From positions 416,001 through 480,000 of the forward strand of contig CAVYRF010000001.1 in assembly GCA_963770895.1 (NCBI GenBank): DNA of 64,000 bases. Reading direction: 5' to 3'. A program made the translations under genes and the position numbers. Position 1 is the stretch's first letter, and each line of letters begins with the position of its first letter. This document shows, one piece after another, positions 57,901-64,000 of this stretch. Origin of the DNA: an uncultured Acidobacteriota bacterium (GTDB lineage: Bacteria > Acidobacteriota > Thermoanaerobaculia > Multivoradales > UBA5704). Under the pieces are notes generated by a model. It did no database searches, had not been told where the DNA came from, and was given only the letters and a program-made list of their open reading frames with translations.

Positions 57901-60593
57901 ACGATCCCTTCTTCAGTCTGGGCGGCGACTCGATCCGTTCCCTCCAGGTGATCGCGCTCGCCAGGAAGCGGGGACTCGCGATGACCCTCCAGGACCTGTT
58001 CCAGCGGCCGACGATCCGCCGCTTGGCGCAGGTCGTGCGGCTCGACGGTGTGGCGCCCGAGGCGGAATCTGTCCTGGCCCCCTTCGCCCTGATCGCCGCG
58101 GAGGACCGCGAACGGCTCGACGCCGCGATCGAGGACGCCTACCCGCTGGCGCGGCTCCAGGCCGGCATGCTGTTCCACAGTGAGCTCGCGCCGGCGTCGG
58201 CGATCTACCACGACCTCCACAGCTTCCACCTCCGGGCCCCCCTCGAGCCGGGCCGGATGCGCGAAGCCCTGCGCCAGGTCTCGCTGCTCCACCCCATGCT
58301 GCGGACTTCCTTCGACCTCGGAGACTTCCGCGAGCCCCTGCAACTGGTGCACGCCGGCGTCACCGTGCCGCTGGAGGTCTACGCCCCGCTGCGGGGGGGG
58401 CCGGACGAGCAGGCGGAGCTCCTGTCGGAGTGGCTGGCCGAGGAGCGGCGGCGAGGGTTCGACTGGACGCGTCCGCCCCTCGTCGCCTTCCACGTCCACC
58501 CGCGGGGCGAGGAGAGCTTCCAGATCACCTTGAGCTTCCATCACGCCGTCCTGGACGGCTGGAGCGCCGCCACCCTGCTCACCGACCTTTTCCGACGCTA
58601 CGCCCTGCTCCTCCGGGGTGAGCAGCCGCCCTCAAACTCCCCTCCCGAGGTGGCCTACCGGGACTTCGTGGCGCTCGAGCGCGCGGCGCGCGCCTCGCCA
58701 GAGGCGCGCAGCTTCTGGGGCCGGATGCTCGACGGCGCCGAGCCGGCCCGTCTGCCGCGCCTGGCGCCGGCGGCCGGGAGGACGGCGGCCGTGCGCGAGA
58801 TCCATCGCCCCATCGATCCGGCCCTGTCGGACGCCGCCCACCGCATGGCCCGCCGGGCCGAGGTGCCGCTCAAGAGCCTCCTGCTGGCGCTGCACGTCAA
58901 GGTCGCCGGACTCCTCGGCGGCACCCGCGACGTGCTCACCGGCCTGGTCTCGCACGGCCGGCCGGAGCACCCCGACAGCGAGCGGATCCTGGGACTCTTT
59001 CTCAACACCTTGCCCTTCCGGATCGAGTTGCACGCAGGCTCCTGGCGGGATCTCGCCCGCGAGGTCTTCGACCTGGAGCGCCGGATGCTCCCCTTCCGGC
59101 GTTTTCCGTTCGCCGACATGCGCGCTCCGGGGGGCGGCCGGCCGGGTCCGGAGATCGTCTACAGCTATCTCCACTTCCACGTCTACCAGGCCACCATGGA
59201 CGTGCACGGGACCGAGGTCCTGGGACGGTACGGTTACGAGGAAACCAACTTTCCCCTGGTCGTCAACCTTTCGCTCGATCCCTTCTCGCAGCAGCTGCGG
59301 CTGGACCTCTCCTGCCGCACGCCGGATCTCGACCCGCTGGAGGCCGAAAGATTCGCCGATTTCCTGCTCCGCGCCCTGGAGGCGGCCACGGCCGACGCGG
59401 AGTCCCCGCATGACGCGCTCAGCCTCTCGGCTGCCGAGCGCCAGCAGCTCCTCGACCGCCTGGACCAACCGGTCGACCGGCTACCGGTTGCGCAGCCGCG
59501 GAGCCCCGGCAGGGCCCTGGTGGCGCCGCGGACGCCGGTGGAGGAGGTCCTGGTGGAGATCTGGGCGGAGATCCTGGGTACGGGGAGAGTGGGCGTCCGC
59601 GACAGCTTCTTCGATCTCGGCGGGCACTCCCTGACCGCCGTTCACCTGATGGCCCGCATCAAGCGGCGGCTCGGCAGGACGCTCCCCCTGACCGCCCTGT
59701 TCGAGGCGCCCACCGTGGAGGCCCTGGCCGCGCTGCTCTCCCGGCCGGGCACCGAGATCGCGGAGCTGCGGCGTCCGGCCGTGGTCGTCCTCAAACCGGA
59801 GGGGGGCCGCCCCCCCTTCTTCTGCGTCCACCCCGTCGGCGGCAACGTCCTTTGCTATCTGGATCTGGCGCGGCATCTCCCGGCGGAGCAGCCGTTCTAC
59901 GGCCTCCAGACGCCCGGTGCCGGGCCGGCCAGCCTGGAAGAGATCGCCACCCGCTACCTGAGCGAGCTGCGGCGGGTCTGGCCGCGGGGTCCCTACCGGC
60001 TCGGGGGCTGGTCCCTGGGCGGGCTGATCGCGTTTGAGATGGCGCGGCAGCTGGCAGCGCAAGGGGAGCAGCCCGAGCTGGTGGCGCTGATCGACACGCT
60101 GCCGCCGGCTCCTGCCCCGGAGCCGGCACAGGGGGAGCTGGTGGCCCGATTCGCCGAGGATCTAGGCCAGCTCCTGGGCGGCGACCTCGGGATCCCGCCC
60201 GAGAGGCTGCGCAGCCTTGCCAGGGGAGAGACGCTGGACCAAGCCGTCCGGCAGGCCCACGCCGCGGGCCTGCTGCCGGAAGAGGTGGGCGTCGCCCAGA
60301 TTGCGCCGCTCTTCGCGACCTTCGCCGCCAACCTGCGGGCGGGGCGATCGTACGACCCCGGACCCTACCCGGGGCGCCTCACCCTCTGGATGGCGGACGC
60401 GACCCTGGCCACGGTCCCCGATCTGCCCGACCGCTGGGGCCGCCTGGCTCTGGCGGGCCTGGAGACGAGCACGCTGATGAGCGACCACTACGGCCTGCTG
60501 CGCCGGCCCGCCGTCGAACGGCTGGCCGGGGAGCTCGCCGCCCGCCTCGGGCTGGTCGACATCGACGACCAGCCCGGCGCCGTCTGCTGGTAA
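54981..60593 (+). CDS. NRPS C*(degenerate)-A(Asn)-PCP-C-PCP-TE
   Basis: First C has QPPLAADG in place of HHxxxDG. A pocket about DLTK.GEVGK (Asn-type); PCP LGGDSI; C DAYPL..LQAGMLFH...HHAVLDG; PCP LGGHSL; TE HPVGG, GWSLGG, DHY. Start GTG 54981 or ATG 54984. Confidence 0.93.
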   Translation: MMQQAASAGFRLSPQQQHVWWAQLGEHSAAFVVQARIDVTGPLDRARLAAALAAVVERHEILRTAFPRLPGLGIPVQAIAGAGAIDWRESSLTGLPAALRQAALDRLCDDVRELPFDLAQGPLVRAILIVLGGERHALLVTQPPLAADGPSLDLLAADTAAAYHGRLAGEALQYADLAEILHEWQGSPAEEAGPAFWRDQDLSALVRVPAGPAGLPDGQPFRPRRVRRHLGRAAIEEAAARLGTPLWQLLLAGWMGAIHASTGEEELVVGVLFDGRTCEEFRGALGPFARYVPVRGRAAADSTLAELCGALADTLANAARRQDFFSSEPVERLLAQHGATGWPFGFDYRQRGEPAAVPGSPRFAIGDGYLGLDRFGVRLSVLDDGRSLRAELTYDPALVRPGEAGRSLERLARVLDGLLAGSPLGEIEVLTDDERRELLALDRTETAVPAGLLAHQLFEEQARRAPDALAVVHAGCAWTYGELDARANRLARWMCAAGLGPGSFVGLCLQRSPELVAAVLGTLKAGAAYVPLDPGAPAERLAWMAEDAGLSLLLTRESLLPLLSGEDGEAPPPVADPADLAYVIYTSGSTGRPKGVMIAHRGLVNYLLWARQTYGAGEGAGAPVHSAIGFDLTVTSLLVPLAAGTAVTLVDEGRAVEALAGALRGTGGFSLVKLTPAHLDVLNAVLAEGELAGRARVLVIGGEALRGESVAPWREHAADTRLINEYGPTEATVGCCVHQVVPDDPQAGAVAIGHAIANTRLHVVGRGMRRVPLGAPGELWIGGDGLARGYLGRPELTAERFVPDPFAEEAGRAGERLYRTGDLVRRGRDSGLEFLGRVDGQLKIRGFRIEPGEIEAVLAAHPKVRECVVLARETQHGKQLVACVVPRSPAGRPAAAELRRQLEERLPDYMVPSFFAVLESLPLTPNGKVDRRALLASGLPEHEETPYAPPRTLVEEVLAEIWMELLGMSRVGIDDPFFSLGGDSIRSLQVIALARKRGLAMTLQDLFQRPTIRRLAQVVRLDGVAPEAESVLAPFALIAAEDRERLDAAIEDAYPLARLQAGMLFHSELAPASAIYHDLHSFHLRAPLEPGRMREALRQVSLLHPMLRTSFDLGDFREPLQLVHAGVTVPLEVYAPLRGGPDEQAELLSEWLAEERRRGFDWTRPPLVAFHVHPRGEESFQITLSFHHAVLDGWSAATLLTDLFRRYALLLRGEQPPSNSPPEVAYRDFVALERAARASPEARSFWGRMLDGAEPARLPRLAPAAGRTAAVREIHRPIDPALSDAAHRMARRAEVPLKSLLLALHVKVAGLLGGTRDVLTGLVSHGRPEHPDSERILGLFLNTLPFRIELHAGSWRDLAREVFDLERRMLPFRRFPFADMRAPGGGRPGPEIVYSYLHFHVYQATMDVHGTEVLGRYGYEETNFPLVVNLSLDPFSQQLRLDLSCRTPDLDPLEAERFADFLLRALEAATADAESPHDALSLSAAERQQLLDRLDQPVDRLPVAQPRSPGRALVAPRTPVEEVLVEIWAEILGTGRVGVRDSFFDLGGHSLTAVHLMARIKRRLGRTLPLTALFEAPTVEALAALLSRPGTEIAELRRPAVVVLKPEGGRPPFFCVHPVGGNVLCYLDLARHLPAEQPFYGLQTPGAGPASLEEIATRYLSELRRVWPRGPYRLGGWSLGGLIAFEMARQLAAQGEQPELVALIDTLPPAPAPEPAQGELVARFAEDLGQLLGGDLGIPPERLRSLARGETLDQAVRQAHAAGLLPEEVGVAQIAPLFATFAANLRAGRSYDPGPYPGRLTLWMADATLATVPDLPDRWGRLALAGLETSTLMSDHYGLLRRPAVERLAGELAARLGLVDIDDQPGAVCW

Positions 60594-60636
60594 CCCCCCC
60601 CGCTCCATCCAGCCATCCGCGCTCCTCCGGGCGGCA

Positions 60637-60664
60637 GGCTCCGGCCCTGTGCAGGGCCGGAGCC
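60637..60664. terminator. Strong hairpin between convergent genes (likely bidirectional terminator)
   Basis: GGCTCCGGCCCTG-TG-CAGGGCCGGAGCC perfect inverted repeat, 44 nt after the NRPS stop and 24 nt before the convergent stop. Confidence 0.65.
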
Positions 60665-60687
60665 CACGCCGTCCCCACCCTGGCGGC

Positions 60688-61125
60688 TCAGTCGTCCTGG
60701 CCGGGCTCGCAGGCGCAGGCGGGTAGCGGCACCTGGGAGAGGTAGAGGTCGGTGGGGGTGGTCAATCGCAGCATGCAGCCCTTTCTGTCCTGGTTGGCGT
60801 AGACCTCGTACACCACGCCCGAATTCGAGGCGAAGCGGGTCTTCGAAGTCAGCACGCGCAGGTCCGCCGCCAGACGGGAGTTGGGACGCGGCATGTTGGC
60901 GACCTGTTGCAACAGATCCTGCATCGCGCTCACCGCGAGGGTGTGCGCCACCGCCCGCGGCTCCTTGTTGTCGACCAGCATCTGCTCGATGCCCTGCTGC
61001 ACCTGCGCCCCGCATTCGCCGCCGGCGAGGTTGTCGATGCGCTGCGGGTTATATGTCGCACACCCCGCGGCGCCTGAGAGCATTGCTGCCAGCGCCGCGG
61101 CGGCCAAGCTACTCTTGAAGTTCAT
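60688..61125 (-). CDS. Hypothetical lipoprotein (145 aa)
   Basis: AGGAGG SD, MNFKSSLAAAALAAMLSGAAG-C lipobox; four further Cys. Confidence 0.75.
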   Translation of the reverse strand: MNFKSSLAAAALAAMLSGAAGCATYNPQRIDNLAGGECGAQVQQGIEQMLVDNKEPRAVAHTLAVSAMQDLLQQVANMPRPNSRLAADLRVLTSKTRFASNSGVVYEVYANQDRKGCMLRLTTPTDLYLSQVPLPACACEPGQDD

Positions 61126-61403
61126 AGAGCCTCCTGAAAGACTCCCACGCGGCCGCGCATGGGGTCCTGCCAAAAGATGCGCCGGCCGCTTCCCCGCGGG
61201 GACATGGGGTGGGCGCGAGACCCGTGCCGCCTCTGGCGCACAGGCGGTGTTTCCGGCCATCCGGCTCTGGTAGACTGATGCCGGCGCGAGCAGGTCGCGT
61301 CATGTCCGCGCAAGGGCCGCGCCCACCTGCACCGAGCAACGTTGCCTTCCCTGCGCAACCTCTTTCGCCTGTCTTGCGGACCAGGCATACGAAGGAGGTA
61401 AGC

Positions 61404-62882
61404 GTGCACCTCGAACAACAGAAGAAACAGGCCCGCGAGCTGTTGCGGGCAGTCCGCGCAGGCAGCGACGACGCCCTCGCCCGGCTGCGCAGCCGCAGCC
61501 TTCGTTGGGCCGGCGTGGATGTCGCCGTCGTGCGGCAAGACGTGGCCTTGCACGATGCGCAGTTCGTGATCGCGCGGGAGCAAGGGTTCGCCAGCTGGAC
61601 CAAGCTGAAAGCCTACGCAGAACCGTCTCCGCACGCACGCCATACGCGGCTCTTCGTCGCCGACGTGCAGTGGCTCACGGAGCGGGCTCGTGGCCTCCTG
61701 CGGACCCGCCAGTCGGCAGGTCCGGCGGCGCTGGAGCAGATTCGCGCCTGGCACCCGCGTTTTGACGGTTGCTCCGACGACGAGATCCTGCGTGCGCCGC
61801 TGACCGAGGCAGACGCTCAACTCGTCTATGCCAGGGAGCATGGGTTCGATCGTTGGAGCGACCTGCTCGAGCGCGTCAACCTGCTTGCCTCGGCGCCGCA
61901 CCCTGAGGCGACGGAACCCTTCCTGGCCGCCTTTCGGGCCATGGAAGCGGGAGATGCCGCAGGCCTGCATTCGTTGCTGCTGCGCCACCCGCGGCTGGTC
62001 AAGGAAGCCGGCACCAACGGCAATACGCTGCTCAACCTCGCGGTGAGCCTCGCCGCGAAGTCCCCACGTGGTCCTGCAGGAATGCGGCTGGTGGAGTCTC
62101 TGCTTGCTGCCGGCGCGGATGTGAACGAAGCGAACGACCGGGGATGGACGCCCTTGCATGCGGCGGCGTACTCAAACCACTGCGCGATTGCCACTGCATT
62201 GATCCAGCGCGGAGCAGACCTGGACCTGGAAGCCCACGGTTCGGGAGGAACTCCCTTGATCACCGCGTTGTTCTGGGGGCACCGCGAAGTGGCCGATGTG
62301 CTGGGCCGCCACTGCCTGGCTCCCGGCAATCTACGCGCCGCCGCCGGCTTGGGGAGCCATCAGCTCCTGGAGCAGTGCTTCTCCGGCGAACGGACGCTCA
62401 CCACGGATGCTTTCGCGGCACGAGGATTCTACCGGCCGCATAGTGGATTTCCGGACTGGCGCCCGTCGGCCGATCCCCAGGAGGTCCTGGACGAGGCGCT
62501 GGTCTGGGCATGTAAGAGCGGCCGCACGGAGGTGCTCCCGCGCCTGGTTCGAGCTGGGGCGCGCCTGGACACCGACCCGTATCGCGGCACGCCGCTGATC
62601 TGGGCGGCGGTCTGCAACCGCATGGACACGGCCGAATGGCTGATCGATCACGGAGCGACCGTAGACCTGAAGGCCACGTTCGGCGGTCTCACGCACGGCC
62701 AGGGCGTGACCGCACTGCACATGGCATCGCAGAATGGCCACCTCGCCATGGTGCAGCTCCTCATCCAAAGAAAAGCGGATCCGAAGATCAAGGATGACCT
62801 GTATCACGGCGACGCCGAAGGGGCAGCCAGCCACTTCGGGCAGATCGCCGTGCGTGATTACCTGCGCTCTATCGGGCGATAG
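61404..62882 (+). CDS. Ankyrin repeat protein with duplicated N-terminal AQxxxAREyGF motif
   Basis: AAGGAGG SD before GTG 61404. LEQQKKQARELL, AQFVIAREQGFASW and AQLVYAREHGFDRW; ankyrin GWTPLHAAA, GTPLIWAA, GVTALHMASQNGH. Confidence 0.88.
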   Translation: MHLEQQKKQARELLRAVRAGSDDALARLRSRSLRWAGVDVAVVRQDVALHDAQFVIAREQGFASWTKLKAYAEPSPHARHTRLFVADVQWLTERARGLLRTRQSAGPAALEQIRAWHPRFDGCSDDEILRAPLTEADAQLVYAREHGFDRWSDLLERVNLLASAPHPEATEPFLAAFRAMEAGDAAGLHSLLLRHPRLVKEAGTNGNTLLNLAVSLAAKSPRGPAGMRLVESLLAAGADVNEANDRGWTPLHAAAYSNHCAIATALIQRGADLDLEAHGSGGTPLITALFWGHREVADVLGRHCLAPGNLRAAAGLGSHQLLEQCFSGERTLTTDAFAARGFYRPHSGFPDWRPSADPQEVLDEALVWACKSGRTEVLPRLVRAGARLDTDPYRGTPLIWAAVCNRMDTAEWLIDHGATVDLKATFGGLTHGQGVTALHMASQNGHLAMVQLLIQRKADPKIKDDLYHGDAEGAASHFGQIAVRDYLRSIGR

Positions 62883-63046
62883 ATCGATTCCCGCTGGACC
62901 TGCCGCGGCGGGAGTGGCGGCGAGGAGCGCGGTGCCCTTGCCGCACGACCGGCAGTGCCGATATACTTAAATCAAGCGCTGCAGGCGATTCTGCGCGAAA
63001 TCCTGCTTTCGTCGCTTCCCATTTCGTGGAACAGAAAGGACTTGTC

Positions 63047-63430
63047 ATGTCGAAGATCCGTATCCTGCTTGTCCCTGCCATCCTGCTGATTGTCGCTTTG
63101 ACCGCCGGAACGGCCTTCGGAGCAGCTGCCGACACGCAGCCGGGCACGGCGTCCGCTTCGCTGGTTGCGCCGGCGCCAGCCTGCCATGCCAACGCGTCCA
63201 TGCTGGCAGTGCCGACCCTGCTGCCCTTGGCGCAACAGCTCAGCTCCTCCGAACCTCTCCTTAAAACCAACATGTGCGGCTCGTGCAGCGACGCCGTATG
63301 CCAAGGCGTGGGCGTGAACTTCGTGTGCAAGATCGTGGGCACTCAACGGTACCATTGCATCAACGCGTTGGAGAACTTCTGCTCGGACAATACCGCGCAG
63401 TGCGAGTGCGAGCTCACTGGCGGTAACTGA
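63047..63430 (+). CDS. Small secreted Cys-rich protein (signal peptide + pro-like region + 8-Cys domain)
   Basis: AAAGGA SD, MSKIRILLVPAILLIVALTAGTAFG signal. C-terminal CGSCSDAVC-x8-C-x9-C-x7-C-x6-CEC. Confidence 0.75.
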   Translation: MSKIRILLVPAILLIVALTAGTAFGAAADTQPGTASASLVAPAPACHANASMLAVPTLLPLAQQLSSSEPLLKTNMCGSCSDAVCQGVGVNFVCKIVGTQRYHCINALENFCSDNTAQCECELTGGN

Positions 63431-63587
63431 CGCTCACTACCTCGACCTTCCGGTGGGCCGCCTTCGACCTGGCGCCCACCAGAAGATTCCCAGGCGTTGG
63501 GTTGCGTCACGGTCGGGCGCCACTTCCTGGCCGCCCTCCAGCTCATCTTTGAGCCCGCGGCGCGCGATCGGCCGTCGTCAGGCCATT

Positions 63588-64000
63588 TCAGGCGGTGGGA
63601 GCAGAGTACGACAGCTCAACAAAGCCGTTCTTGTAAGCGACTACGTTCGTCAAATCCCACCTCTCCTCCGTCAGGGCACCACCGAAGAGCCGAAGTCCTT
63701 CACCCAACAGAACGGGCGCTATCGTCAGGCTGATCTGGTCCACCAAGCCCAGCTCCAGGAAGCGCTGGCTCAGCATGGCGCCGCCGACGAGCCAGATGTT
63801 GCGATAGCGAGATGCGAGTCTCCCATCGATCAGTGTCTTGAGATCGCCCGCATAGAATTGGACGCTTTTCCTTGCCGGCGGCCATTCCCTGCTGGTCACC
63901 ACCACGACCGGAGTATCGCCGTATGGCCAGCCTAGCTCAAGCGCATGTTCATAGGTGCGGGAACCGAGCACGTAACAGTCGATCGCCTTGACGAAGGCCG
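63588..64000 (-). CDS. Dihydrofolate reductase-like / RibD C-terminal domain protein (5' partial)
   Basis: IDCYVLGSRTYE, WPYGDTPVVVVT, NIWLVGGA, LGLVDQISLTIAPVLLGEGLRLF. Frame open to the window end. Confidence 0.88.
   Translation of the reverse strand, partial: AFVKAIDCYVLGSRTYEHALELGWPYGDTPVVVVTSREWPPARKSVQFYAGDLKTLIDGRLASRYRNIWLVGGAMLSQRFLELGLVDQISLTIAPVLLGEGLRLFGGALTEERWDLTNVVAYKNGFVELSYSAPTA

Noticed and set aside
49324-58544. Long minus-strand ORFs (1838 aa, 1214 aa) and similar antisense ORFs at 29210, 34987, 38868 and 44072
   Set aside because: Antisense shadows of NRPS/PKS genes caused by GC3 bias; no recognisable motifs.

Overview
GC-rich bacterial window, probably Acidobacteriota (Thermoanaerobaculia-like; inferred from an ADOP-type duplicated permease and a characteristic secreted C-terminal domain). 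It has four parts. (1) 1-1311, minus strand: the start of a RiPP (TOMM/YcaO-type) operon. A near-consensus sigma70 promoter drives a 150-aa precursor with a leucine-zipper leader and 28 Cys in Cys-x-x repeats. A hairpin follows, then an RRE+ThiF/E1-like gene that the ORF track missed and that runs off the left edge. (2) 6320-14616: a divergent four-gene conflict/immunity-like module. A pseudo-SIR2+TIR gene is translationally coupled to an effector-less nSTAND1-TM-WD40 gene, and these face an alpha/beta hydrolase plus a TPR-trypsin protease. (3) 14772-60593: a ~46-kb hybrid FAAL/NRPS/PKS cluster. The line is FAAL-ACP-C-A[Gly, LLM-monooxygenase insert]-PCP, three PKS modules, Ser/unknown/Asn NRPS modules and an A-less C-PCP-TE end. 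It also encodes two glycosyltransferases, a carbamoyltransferase, a pseudo-GT2/deacetylase fusion, a PvdE-like exporter and a PvdQ-like acylase. (4) Flanking singletons: a probably 5'-truncated S41 peptidase, a methyltransferase, a Vgb-like propeller, a lipoprotein, an ankyrin protein, a secreted 8-Cys peptide and a RibD-C protein. All assignments come from reading motifs by eye; no searches were run.
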